This document shows, in pieces, positions 43,407 to 56,200 of a DNA stretch of 64,000 nucleotides (within the stretch, counting starts at the first letter, position 1; each line of letters begins with the position of its first letter). The stretch spans positions 806,001 through 870,000 of the forward strand of contig OZ237763.1 of assembly GCA_965178125.1 (NCBI GenBank). The letters are read 5' to 3'. A program made the position numbers and the translations under genes. Source of the stretch: Bilabrum cf. latius (Eukaryota). The notes under the pieces are model-generated. The model worked only from the letters and a program-made list of their open reading frames with translations, was not told where the DNA came from and made no database searches.

Positions 43407-45700
43407 TCAGGTCTCGCCGTCCATCGGCGTGGAGCCGCCTGCTTCTGAGTCTTCGGCAGCACTGGCACCACCCATCGCTGCTCCGCTGCCACTGCCCGCT
43501 CCCGTAGCCGGGGCGACAGTCGGGGCCCTCGCTGTAGTGGGCCGCATGGTTCCAGACCGCAGCCTTCCAAGCGCGGCGGCCATCTCAAACCGTCTCGGCC
43601 GTGCCATGCGCCCATGGAACTTGCCTGGCGCAAGAACGTCAAGCCCTTCGTTGTCAATCCGGCGGTCAAGCTCCTCCAGCGCGGTGCGGAGCATCGCCCA
43701 CCCCTTCGTGTCGCCCCCAACACCCCTGGCCAGCTCTCTGGCCGCCTCCATGATGGCCTGCGTCTGAGACATGTCCTTCAGCTGCTCTACGCCAGACAGG
43801 TCCAGTTCCTCCTCGCCGCCCCGCAAGTGCACGGTGCTCTTCGTGCGCACCTGCACGCGCCCATCCGTGGCGCGACCCAGCGATGACAGCTGCACCTACC
43901 GCAGCAGCGGGGGCGCAAAAGGAGCCGGTGCCACCACTGGGCCGCGTCCCTTGCTCCCCGCGCCCGCTCCGTCTGCTGTGGACGCCACAATCTCTTTGGC
44001 CCGCTTAGTGACGTCTTTGCAGTGGTATGCGTCCATCATCACCACTGTATCTGCGCACTCGAAGAAGTCCCCCGCACCACCGACCACTGCGATCGTGGAT
44101 ACGCCGTGCCTCTCCCACAGCTCGCGCACCCTGGCGATGAAAGGGGTGATGGGCTCTTTGTCAGGGGCTACCAGCATCTGCATGCGCGCATCCCGTATCA
44201 TGAAGTTTGTGGCCGACGTGTCCTCGTCCACCAGCAGGCACTCGCAGCCCATCTCGAGGGCCTCTGCGATGGTTGCGGCCTGGCTCGTGCTGCCTGAGGC
44301 ATCCGCGGTGCTGAAGGAGGACGTGTCTCGACCGGTGGGCAAGTTGCTGATGAAGCTGGAGATGTCTGTCCCCAGCACCTACCGCCCATCCTCCGCGCGC
44401 ACCTTTACAGCGGTGGGATCCACCACGCAACCGTCCCGGCCGTCCCCAGGGATGTGCTCGTAGATGCCCAGCTCCAGGGCCTGCAGCAGCGTGGATTTGC
44501 CGTGGTATCCCCCTCCCACAATAAGCGTGACTCCCCGCGGGATTCCCATTCCCTTGACCTTGCCGTGGCCAGACACCTCAATCTCCACCTCTAGCTCGGG
44601 CGGACTCGCGAACCGCACCGCTTTGCTCTTATCCATAGGCGCGTCTGAGGCACCCGAGGCGCGGGGCAGGATACTGCCGTTCCTAACAAACCCTGCCAGT
44701 CCCTGGCCCTTCAGCTCATCCCTGAGCAAGTGCTGGAAATCCACGTTCAGCACGTGCTTTCGCAGTGCAGCCTGGTCATGCACAGCCCAGGGGATCGAGG
44801 CGGACAGTGCAGCCGGTAATCCGCTGCAAAGCATCTCCGCGGCGTAGTCCCCGCAGATAGAGCGTCCCCTGGCTGGCAGTCCCAGCGTGAACCGCACTTC
44901 TACGTCACCGCTGGGCCGCAACAGAACCGCGGTACGCTCCAGAACCTGCTGGCCGGGAGCATCGATCTTCAGATCGCCACCCTTCGCGCCGTGCCAGCCG
45001 CCCCCGCCGCTGTCCATGACACGGTCCAAGCCGTTACGACCCGCAAAGCGGGCGACGCAGCGCGCCAAATAATCACACAGGGCGCGGCGGCGAGCTGGGT
45101 TGGCTGAGACTGGTGCTGGAAACCCAGCAGCCTTGGCGGGGATCACCGCATGCAGCCTGGAAGGAGCGGCAAACGCATCTCCTTGGACATGATCTATCAC
45201 CAAAGAAAAAGAAACACCAGCTGCACCTCGGCCTGCAGCCCCAGGTGGCGCGGAGGCGCTTCCTTCGGTGCCGTCGAAGCTCCAAGTGCCGTACATGTCC
45301 TTGTAGGCAGGGTAGGGCTTACCTTCGAGCCGAGTAAGCAGCGATTCTAGTTCTCTCGATGTTCCTGTTCGGCTGCTGCCGCTACTGTGACCCCCGAAGT
45401 CTCCTCCACCGCCGCCACGGTGATCCCCTCGGCCGCCACGGCGTCCACCACCCCGTCCTCGGCCACCACCACCTCCACGACCGCCACCGCGACCACCTCC
45501 ACGACCGCCACCGCGGCCACGTCCTCCATATTTCTCCCGGTAGTATGCCCCGCCTGTACATGCGTCGGAAAAATAGCAGTTATAATCTACTGATCTCAAA
45601 TGGCAAGAGGATACAGCCTAACAACGTGTCAACCAAACAAGTAGCGTCACGGTACAGTTAAATATGCATATATCTCACGTCCACCTCCTCTCCCAGGCAT
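43407..45700 (-). CDS. ABC-class ATPase (PF09818 / MRB1590-like) with an N-terminal RGG box
   Basis: HVQGDAFAAPSR, GLPARGRSI, ILPRASG, IVGGGYHGKSTLL, VRAEDGR, TADASGSTSQA, LLVDEDTSATNFMIRDARMQ, EPITPF and RPRRFEMAAALGRLR. Exon 1 45700-45679, intron 45678-45554; TAGs at 44379 and 43896; ends TGA. Confidence 0.9.
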
Positions 45701-46027
45701 TTAATGTTGCGAATCAGATGATATTGTGCTTCGGGTGTTCCGGAGCCATAGTGTGACGATTGATGAGCTGCAGCACGGGTGCGAGTGTTGCAGAGTGCAG
45801 AGTAGAGCGCAGGGGTGCGAAATACGTGCGTGCTGCTATGCATACGGTGTGACACGCTGGTGCGCCACCAGTGGTGTCTGCAAATGGGGTGCGCCCTACA
45901 CGATGCTCCGGCTAGGCCTCGACCCCCCGAGCTGCCACGAGTAGCCTCTCCATGTACCAGTACAATCACACAACACTGCCACCGGGCTGACTGAACCAAA
46001 AAAGCAGCCATCATTAGGCCTCAGTCA

Positions 46028-48709
46028 TCACGTGAACATGCTAGGTCGGAGCAAGGCAGTGCCTCTGCTTCCGCTCTACGCAGACGCATCCACCCTTGCA
46101 GTGCCGCCGCCGTGACTATCCCTCAGGCTGCTCCTCGCAATCCAACTCCGAGGTTCGAGTCCCTTGCCACTGCCCACTCTGACTCCCACTGGAAGTCCCT
46201 CGACTTGCTCCCGGTCCAGCTGAGTGCCACCCAGACCACTCTCCTCCAGGTCTTGCCTCGCACCCATGTCTTGCCTCGCACGGCCCTGCGTGCCCCTGGC
46301 AGGCGAGTCGATGTGCAGCCTGCGGGGCACGTCCACATCCCATCGCCTAGAGCGGCCGCTGCTGGACCCCTGGGAGTGTACCAGGGTCCCATGCTCATCT
46401 GCTACCCCGTCCCACCTGTGATCATCCCCATCCGATCGAGAGGCGCTGGACTCCCGAGAAGCTGGTCGACTGCCACCGCGCCTGTCCCTCCTCCTGGATG
46501 CCCAGCTCCAGCTCATGCCACTATGTTTCCTGGTCTGCCTACCCCCCTGCCTGCCATTCCCGCTATCTACAAGCTCCCAGCCAGCCCCACTACCCCTCCT
46601 GGAATGCCTCAGCTGTGCCATCTCCCGTAGTCGACGCTGCACCCGCGCCCTGGCCTGCGCCCTCATGTCGTTGGGGCCGAAATCTGTTCGATCGTTGAAC
46701 TCAAGCGCCCCCTCTGGGCTTCTTCTCCTCCCTGTGGCGCTAGGTGATCTGTGCAGCGTGATCTCACGCGATGCAGACTCGAGCATGGCACGTCTACCCA
46801 GCTAGCCTCGTTGGCTGGGACCCAAGTCATCAAACTGCAAGGGCCGGCGGACAGTTTGGCTATGCTGTCGGGGTGACTCGAGCGGGGACAAAGCATGAGG
46901 GCGACCAGAAGTCTCTCGCTCTGGTGATCCGTAACGAGATCTTGCTGCCTCTTTACCGCGGCCAATCTTATCCCCATCTTCTAAACCGTCCGCCAACTAA
47001 AGCGGAGGGTGCGAGTCAGGACCATATGCCTCTCCACGTGCCACAGCAGTCACGGCAGGGGGTATATGGCGGCGCTGCATCGCCTGCTCGCTCAACGTGA
47101 GGGGCTAGCGGATGTGCGATGAGCGCAGCACCAACCACTCACCCTCGGTTGCCGTGCTAGTTGCTCGTCCAGCAGCTTGTAATCCTGTGCGCAACCGGTG
47201 GGAAATTAACAAGGGCGGTACTCCGCTGTGATACAGGGCTGCGTCTGTGCTTGCACCCATGGTGCTTTCAGGTCCTGCGCCAATGGGTTCTGTTGACCTT
47301 AGCCCCTCTTCAGCTGCTGCCATTCGCGCACGCAGCCTAGGGCCCGATTTAGCAATGGAGTCAGTTAGCTCTGCAACAGAGGACAGCAGGGCGCTGAAGG
47401 CACTTGGAGCCTCGCTTGGCTGAGTTGGAATTCCAGGCTGGGGCATGGAATCACGAGGTCTTTCCAGCTTGGGATCATCGGCATGCCATGTAGCTGACTG
47501 CGAGGCGATCGGGAGCGGTGCTGGCTGCAGCTCAGGTGCATCAGCAGCTGCGCCTGCATCGTCTTGCACCTATGCTCCATCGCCTGGACGCACGGGTGGC
47601 GCATCAGCCGCTGGCACCTATGCTCCGTCGCCTGGACGCACGGGTGGCGCATCAGCCGCTGCCTGCACCTATGCTCCATCGCCTGGACGCGAAGGTGGGG
47701 CATCAGCCGCTGCCTGCACCTATGATCCATCGCCTGGACGCGAAGGTGGCGCATCAGCCGCTGCCTGCACCTATGCTCCATCGCCTGGACGCGAAGGTGG
47801 CGCATCAGCCGCTGCCTGCACCTATGCTCCATCGCCTGGACGCGAAGGTGGCGCATCAGCCGCTGCCTGCACTTCGCTTTCATGCAGCAGGGCCTGTTCA
47901 CGCTGTATCCTGGCATCTAGCATCTACTGGTCCTGGTGCTGCTCCTCGTGGATCAATGCGTCCAGCTCGGCCCGCTGCTTGGCCTGCTCGGCGCGCAGTC
48001 TCTCGATGGCTTCGTGCCGCTGCACGTTCTCGGCCTGAGAGGTGCGGAGCCGCTCGAGGGTGCGTACAATAGACGACTTTGGTGACAGTAGCTAATGGTC
48101 AGCAAAGTTGGACTGCGCTGGCATCTCCTGCTGGCTGTCGCCTGAACCTGTCCCACTACTAGTAGCAGCGCGATTTTGTGTTGATGAGGGCAAGCAGCCG
48201 TCTTCTGAGGCATTTAAACTGTCTGGACTGCACACAAGGCTGGCCGGTTGACTAATCCGCCCCTTTTCGCGGTGATCAATGCTAATTATTTGCTGGTGAC
48301 CGCTGGTAAGCGGCTGCTGTTGGCGACTTGCATGAACTGGCAGCGGTCTGACTGGGGTCTTATCAGTCGCAGGTGATGACTCCAGACTGTCGCGAGCGAT
48401 AGAAGTTGTTCTGCTGTAAGTATTTCGTGCCTAACTCGTAATATCGCGCCTATCTGAGGCCACATCTCGATTTGCACCCCGAACGATCTACAGGAAGTCC
48501 TTTGCAGATAGTGAGCCAGAGCCCAGTGCCCTAGTGCGTGAATACTGGTCAGCCACAAGGATGGGCTGGTTGAAACTTGACTGTGATAATCTCTCCATTG
48601 CTAGCTCTTCCTCAACGGCACTACGTACCCCAATCCAGGATGAAGCAGTGTGCGAACCACCAGAGTCTCGCGACTCCCTGACTTGTTTCAAGAAATCTAC
48701 CATATCCAT
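46028..48709 (-). CDS. Hypothetical low-complexity/coiled-coil protein (~890 aa) with an internal 17-aa repeat
   Basis: ORFs 48488-48736, 47105-47569, 46802-46996 and 46076-46786 share a frame. Where I traced it, the frame is broken only by TAG and ends at TGA 46028. No family recognised. Confidence 0.6.
47566..47871. repeat. 51-bp coding tandem repeat x6 (one unit 48 bp)
   Basis: The minus-strand unit encodes VQAAADAPPSRPGDGA*, with TAG at 47822, 47771, 47720, 47669, 47618 and 47570. Confidence 0.92.
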
Positions 48710-48972
48710 CAGCACAGCTCTTGGCCAGTGCAACAACCAATCAATTCATTACAACATGACGAAACTACTTTGCTGCTTTGCTACGTTCCTGGCGCTGCCT
48801 GCACGAAGTATTGCTTTTTGATGCAAAGCACACTGTACAAATGCTTCATTGCCGTTTGGATGTTCAAGCGCACTTCAGATCTCTCGCACATCCACCGGCG
48901 AGCTTAACCACAATTGCTAAGGAAGGAAGCAATTGATCCTTTTATTTACCATTGCAGTGCCTAGTACGGATC

Positions 48973-51900
48973 ATGGCAAGCGCAGGATCGTCTGAGTCTC
49001 CGAAGCCGCGTGCTCGGTTGATGATCAGCCAGCTCGTTTTGGAAAACTTCAAGTCATACGGCGGCAAGAAAGTTATCGGGCCTTTTCACAAACGTTTTTC
49101 GTCAATTGTAGGCCCAAATGGCAGCGGAAAGTCGAACGTGATTGACGCTATGCTGTTCGTCTTCGGCAAGCGTGCCAAGAAGCTTCGCCTGAAGAAAGTC
49201 AGCGAGCTCATCCACCGATCAGCCAAATACCCTGACCTCGACTTTGCTAGAGTATCTGTACACTTTCAGGACATCATTGACACTGGCGATGGGGACGAGG
49301 ACTACCAAGTCGTGGAGGGTTCGGAGATCATTGTCTCCCGCACAGCTCTGCGCAACAACACCAGCAAGTACAGGGTGGATGGCAAGGAAATGAAGTTCAA
49401 GGAAGTAGGAGCGCTCCTACGCCACAGGGGCATCGACTTGGACCACAACCGTTTTCTGATTCTGCAGGGAGAGGTCGAGCAGATTTCGATGATGCGGCCC
49501 AAGGCTCCGGCTGCCAAGCGCGAGACGGGGCCTGCAAGTGGAGCCGGCGGCGAGGACGGCGAGGAGGGTGGCACCAAGAAGGCCAAAGAGCGCCAGTCGA
49601 ATTCTGAAGACGGCCTGCTCGAGTTCCTGGAGGACATCATCGGCTCGAACCAGTTCGTGGAGCCCATCGAGGAGGCCCAGGGGGCCCTCGAGGAGGCGCA
49701 GCAGGCCAGGGCCGCCACCATCAACCGGGTGAAGACAGCCCAAAACGAGGCCGAGTCCCTGAAAGATGCCAAGGAAGAGGCTGAGGCGCTGCTGCTGAAG
49801 CAGAAGGAGACCCTGCGCGGCAAGGCGCACATGTACCAGGTCATGCTGGCAGAGCACTCGGTGCAGCGAGAGGCCCTCGACGAGCGGTCCGCGGCCTTCG
49901 AGACGCGCGCCAAGGAGGAGGCAGAGCGCATGGAGCGGGCCCAGGGCCAGAACAAGGAGCTTGCCAAGGAGGAGAAGGCCGCCGCCAAGGCCCTGGCTGC
50001 AGTGGATGCCCGACTGCAAGCGTCTCGCGGGCAGTTCGGGGCCTTCGAAAAGAAGGACATCCAGCTGCGGGAGGACCTCAAGGCGGCCAAGTCAGCTGCC
50101 AAGAAGACCCAGAGCGCCATCAAGCGCGAGGCTAAGAAGGCGGAGGAGTCTGAGAAGCGGGTGGTCGAGCTGGAGGCCAGCATCCCTGGCCTGGAGGAGC
50201 AGGTGCATGCCTCGGAGGAGAGCAAGGCCGAGGCAGATGCAGCGCTGGAGGAGCTGCACGAGAAATTGCAGGGCCGAACGGCCGGACTGAGGGAGGAGCT
50301 GAGTGCGGCAGAAGAGGCGCTGGCTCCCCTGGCAGGACGCAAGGCAGAGGCAGCTGCAGCGCTGGAAACAGCTCGCGCCGAGCTGCAGGTGGCCCGGCAG
50401 GAGAGCGAGAGTGCACGGGAGGCGCTGCGAAAGCTCCAGACCCAGGCCGCCCAGGCGGAGCAGGCTGCTTCCAATGCTGCCCGAGGCATAGAGGGCGCTC
50501 GTAGCACGATCGCACGGTGCGAGGGTCGGCTGCCTGCGGCGCAACGGGAGCTGGAGGGGCTCCGCGAGGAGGAGAAGGAGGCCATGGGACAGGTGCGGGA
50601 GCTGCGGGCCCAGGTGGAAGAGGGGCGCCATGCCCTCTCCCAGGGCTCGCGGTCCTCCGAGCTGGTACAGAGGCTCATGCAAGCCACTCGCAAGGGCGGC
50701 GAACTTGCCGGGGCAGGGCTGCACGGTCGGCTCGGCGACCTCGGTGACGTGCCTGCTGACGTCGACGTCGCCGTGTCTACCGCTGCCCCTGCGCTCAACT
50801 ACCTGGTCGTGGATAGCACGGAGGGTGGGCAGCGCTGCATCGAGTTTCTGCGGAAGCACAACCTGGGGAGGGCGCGATTCGTGGTGCTTGACCGCATCAG
50901 ATGGGCCGAGAAGCAGATGGCAGCGCAGGTGCAGGTGCCAGACGGGACCAGCCGCCTATTTGACCTGGTGCGGCCCGCAAAGCCGCAGTTTGCACCAGCC
51001 TTCTTCTTTGCCATGCGAAACACGCTGGTTGCATCCGACATGGACAGTGCAATCAAGGTGGCATACCAGGGAGGCAAGCCGGTGTGGCGGGTGGTGACCC
51101 AGCAGGGACAGCTCATTGAGTCTTCGGGAGCCATGTCTGGCGGCGGTAAGGCTGTGCGCAAGGGGGGCATGCGATTGCGCAGTGCGGCGGCCGGGCAGGC
51201 AGCCGCTTCTCGTGCGAGTAGTGCCGCCGAGAGTGGCGAGATGGTCACGGCAGAGGACGTGGCTCGCCTCGGGAGGTCCCTCGCAGCGGCGGAGGCTCGT
51301 GTGGGCTCTTGCCGGCACCGCATCTCGACGCTGGAGGCGGAGGTGAAGGGGCTTGAGGAAGCCCTGAGCCAGGCACAGCTGGACCTGCAAAAGCACGAGA
51401 GCGCAGCAGAGAGCCTTACGGCACAGCTGGGTGATGTCAGGGCGCGACTGGCCACTGCAGAGAAAGCAGCCGAGCAGGAGGCCAAGTCTGCATCCAAGGG
51501 AAAGGCAGCCGATGCAATCCGAGCGCTTGAGAGCGCTGCTGATGCTGCCAAGCGCGATCTTGACGAAGCGACACAGGCTGCATCTGCAGCAGAGTCCCGA
51601 GTGGCTGCCCTGCGTGAGCAAGTAATCTCGGCCGGCGGCGCGGCCCTGAAGGAGGCGTAGAAGGCGTCCAAAGAAGCGAAGCAGGCCCTCGCTCAGGCTG
51701 CAAAGGCACTAACCAAGGCCAAGACGGACATCAAGACCTAGACGCGGGCTTGCACGAAGGCCAAGACTGCGGCGCAGTAGGCCGAGGCTGAGGTGGAGGC
51801 CCAGAAGCAGAAGCAGGTATCGCTAGAGCAGGAGCTGCGGGACATGGAGGAAAAGGCAGCGGATGTCATGGAATCCGTGAGCAGCGCAGAAAGTGACCGC

Positions 51901-53133
51901 AAGGAGGCAGTATCAGCCCTTGAGAAGTGCAGGGCCGAGCGGGAGGCTGTTGAGAAGGAGCTGGGTAGCGTCAAATCCGTGGTGGTAGAGGTGGAGAGTG
52001 GCCTGAAGGAGATCCGCCAGGCCCTCAAGGTTGCCGTGCAGAAGTCGGAGCAGTGGACTGCTCTGCTAGAGAGGTCCAGGTCGGAGTACTCGGAGACTGT
52101 GGACACTTTGATGCAGTTCGCCGACGAAGAAGACACCGCGGAAGACGGGTCCGCCGGGCCTACTGTGCCTGCCTCGGGAGCCGGTGCGTCCGAGAGCAAG
52201 GAGATGGAGGACGGGGATGGCGACGGTTCTGCCGCAGGTGCGTCGGTAGGCCCGTCCACTGCCGCATCTGATCGCGCGGCTGTCGATCGAGAGCTGCCGG
52301 CTCTGTCCCAGGACGAGATGGCGCGCATGCGGGAGGAGGGCCGCACGGCGGAGCGGCTTCAGATGGAGGTGACCGCCTTAGAGGAGGAGATGCAGCGCAT
52401 GAAGGATGGCGTGAACATGAAGGCGATCGAGGAATACTACAGCAAGAGGAGGGACTACCTCGCTAAGGTGGCCGAGATGGATGCTGCCTCGGCTGTGGAG
52501 GCCGAGAAGCGGACTGCCTTCGAGGGCCTCCGCAAGGAGAGGCTCGACATGTTCATGGCGGGCTTCGCTACCATCAGCCTCAAACTCAAGGAGATGTACC
52601 GCATGATCACTCTCGGTGGGGATGCAGAGCTGGAGCTCGTGGATTCGCTTGATCCGTTCAACGAAGGCATCGTGTTCAGCGTGCGACCCCCGAAGAAGAG
52701 CTGGAAGCAGATCGCGAATCTGAGCGGAGGCGAGAAGACCCTCTCCTCGTTGGCTCTGATCTTCGCCCTCCACCACTACAAGCCCACCCCCCTCTACGTC
52801 ATGGACGAAATTGACGCTGCGCTGGACTTCCGGAACGTGAGTATCGTTGCCAACTACATCAAGGAGCGCACGTAGGACGCCCAGTTCATCGTGATCAGCC
52901 TGAGAAACAACATGTTCGAGCTGGCTGACCGGCTGGTCGGCATCTACAAGACGTTCGACGTGACGAAGAGCGTGACGATCGCCCCCAAGGAATTCGCAGG
53001 CCCAGCAGGGAAGGCAGTCGACGCTGCTTCGTCAAGCTCGGGTGCGGCAGCGACCGGTGGTCCGGAAAAGGGTCGCGGCGTGGCAGCTGCCGGGTAGGTC
53101 GCGTTGGGCGATCGAACAAATGAGGGAGTGTGA
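48973..53133 (+). CDS. SMC4: Condensin subunit SMC4, ~1,390 aa
   Basis: ENFKSYGG..GPFHKRFSSIVGPNGSGKSNVIDAMLFVFG, NRFLILQGEVEQI, hinge GLHGRLGDLG, LSGGEKTLSSLAL, YVMDEIDAALDFRNVSIVANYIKERT*DAQFIVISLRNNMFELA. TAGs at 51658, 51739, 51778, 52873 and 53095; TGA 53131. Confidence 0.97.
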
Positions 53134-53230
53134 GACTATGCCTGTGCTTCAATATGAAATAACTTTCAGATGAAATACTCCCGAAACCAAGTCAATTCGA
53201 TGACACCGCACCGAATATCCAGATTCCTGG

Positions 53231-56200
53231 TCAGCTGGACATAGCTGCTTCGGATGCCCACACAACGCCCTCTGACTCTGCTGCAATGACATCCTTTCCG
53301 GCCACTTCAGCGTGCAACTACTGCGCCTTCAGCAAAGAGGCTGCTGAATCGGCCGACCTGGACTCGTCCAGGTCCTGGGGCAGCCTGACGGTGGCCCGCA
53401 TGTGGGGAGGCAGCGGCGGCAACACGCACTACTATGGTAGTCGGTCAGCGAGCGCTGCGGCTGCGTCACCGAGCGGCGGGTTGAGTACTCCAGTGCACGC
53501 CCGGATTAAGTGAGTCAGCGCAAGCCTCTCTTCGTGGCTGCACAGAGTACTTACAAGCTCGCTTACCTGCCTAACGGCTTTGGGCACCTTGTCCTAAGGG
53601 AATCTCGCAAGGATGCTGGCGGCCGGCCTGCCTACCTAACATTCTAAATCTGAGGTTGTGCCCGCGGTTTTACCACCAGCAGCTTCACTGCTCCCAATAA
53701 CACCGGAAGCTCCAGCCCTGGCATGCATTACGACATGCCTTGGCAGGGAAATGCCAGACCCGCGAGCAAGAGCAACCACAAGGGCAACTGCAAGCGCATC
53801 ACTGGCTAGGCTGACGGCCGCTGCCGACTGCTGGTCCTCCGATACATCACTGGCCTAGGCCAGCGCAAGTGCCGCCCGAAGCAGCTAGCGCCTCATTCGC
53901 CTCATAGTTTGCAAGTGCCTTGGTGCTGATGCTAGCCGGCGTCTGCGGCGCTCTCGCGCTTTGCTTGGGTCACCGTGGGGCTGCTGCGGAGCCGTGGGGG
54001 CGTCAAATGGCGGTGCTGCTTGCAGGCAGGTCAAATAGTCATCGCCAGGCTCATCGAGGGATTCTTCGTTGGATGCCAGTCGAGAGACAGACACGCGCTT
54101 CAGGGCATCGAGGACTTCTGCTGGGGGAACTGAGGCACCTCGAACATCCTCAGCATTCACACTTGCGCCTAGTCTTGGGTCTAGGCGCCAAATGAGGTGA
54201 CCAGCTCGACCACCCCCTGTCATATCAACTTTGCAGCCACTGGGAGGACCACCCGGCCCGAAGAACAGATGCGGGGCCCACAGCGACACCTCCACTATAG
54301 GAAGTTGACAGATCTTGTCAATGAATCGTGCAGCCTGCGCACAGACTGGAAGGGCCCACGACACAGTGGACTTGTCTTTGGAGCCCTTCTTGCTTGCGCC
54401 GCTCGGGAGTTCGGCTGGAGGCTCAATCCTATGCAGCATTCGCCAAGGCAGAGTCCTCCAGTTGGTTATTGGCTCTGACTTAGAGGCACCAGCTGCCGGG
54501 CCGGCGTTCGCCGCGGGTCTTGTGCAAGGACCTCCGCGGAAACATGGAGGGCACAGCAGCAGCTCTGTGTACCAACAGTAGCACGCTGAGGTGGTAGCGG
54601 TCCCAAACATTCCCGTGGTTATGCCAACCCCGCAACTGGCGCACCGGCGCCCTTGCCACTTGTTCAGCGCTGGCAAATTCGGAGGCATCGCCGGCCTCCG
54701 CTCAAGCACGCTCTTCAGGGACAATGTCGCTTCTCGAATGCAGCCCTGCAACTGCCCGGGCGATTCGCTATCCTCAAGTCTCCGCGGGAAGTGACGCAAA
54801 GGGTGTAACGTTAAGGCTGCCAAGTCTCGGGGGTGGCTTCCTGATGTGCCTCCCCAGTCACCGTGCTTTTGGGCAGTGTTCTCTATCACTTCCAGCTCAT
54901 TGCATGACTGCACAGCCACAGCCAGCTGACAAGCCTCGGAAGAGACAACAGAAGAACCATCATGCCCATGTGTTTTCCTCTACGATGGTGCAGACAATCC
55001 CAGGAACTAAAGCACGAGACTAGACATGTCTTCAGCCGAAGATGATCTGTCTGACATGCTACCTGCGACACCGGAGCGCTGCGACTTATCCGCAGCATGT
55101 GCCGCTCTCGCTACTATTTCAGCAGCATGCGCTGCGTCAATCACACCGCGTGAACCAGCCCGAAGCTGCTATGGAGACATCTCGAGGTACAAAATGGCGC
55201 GCGCACGAGCCTCTAGCGTGCTTTCAGCCTGGTACTTCTCCTTCTACCAGGCGGCACTAACCCAGGCACTGCCGTCAGCACTGCTCGAGTGATCACCACC
55301 TAATCGACACAGTGCCCTTGCTCGCGCCAGTCCGTACGCCTTCGCCGCCTCGAAGCACAGCTTCTCTGCTCGGGCGGCAAACTGCGGCACAGCTACAGCA
55401 AGTTTCTCCGTCAGCGCGACGCCATCACGGCCAGGTGCCGGCGGCGGCACTCGTTCCAAAATTAGTGTTGCCAGCCTCTCTTTCATTCGAGACCGTAAGC
55501 TAGAATCTTCGGGTTCTGCCCATGGTTCCAGTAGAGAGCGTACTTTAGCTGGTGGTGGCGGTGGCTCTGGCGAAGGCGGGAGATCTGAGCCGGCACCAGA
55601 GCCACTAGAAGGCTGACCCACAACCACACGCGACGGAGCTTTGAAAGGTTCATCAGAATCCCTGCCGTCTCTCTTGCTCTCATCGCGAAGGCCTGTGGTA
55701 TGCAGGCTAGCGGGACTCTGGCCGATGCCACCCTCTGCTGCAGCGGCGCTACTGTCTGTCTACACCTGACCCAAACTTCCTTCGAGACGGTTTGCGCCTG
55801 CTTGAGATGGCACGGCTTCACCACTACGAATAGTCTGCGATGCGGATAGTGCTGGTGCGGGAACATCCCGCCCGGGCAGTGTCGCTGTTGCAACTGGTGG
55901 CTTATCAGTTTTGCTAGCCGGTGTGGTGCTTGGCACTTTAGAGCGTTTAGCGGCGCTTGCTCCTTTACGCCGTCTGGCAGCAGACCCACCACCTTTCTTC
56001 AGTGATGCAACAGCCGCTTTTCTTTTCTCTTCGTCCAACTGGGCCTCTGCAGCGGCTGCAGCCTCCGCATCCTTGGCTGCTTTCGAGAGTGCCTCGGTTC
56101 TGGCATCTTGCGCCGCTTTTGCAGCCCGCTCCAGCTCTACCATCCTTCGCTTCATCCTCTCATTCTCCTCCTTTGCCCGCATCAGCTCCTGCTATGCTTG

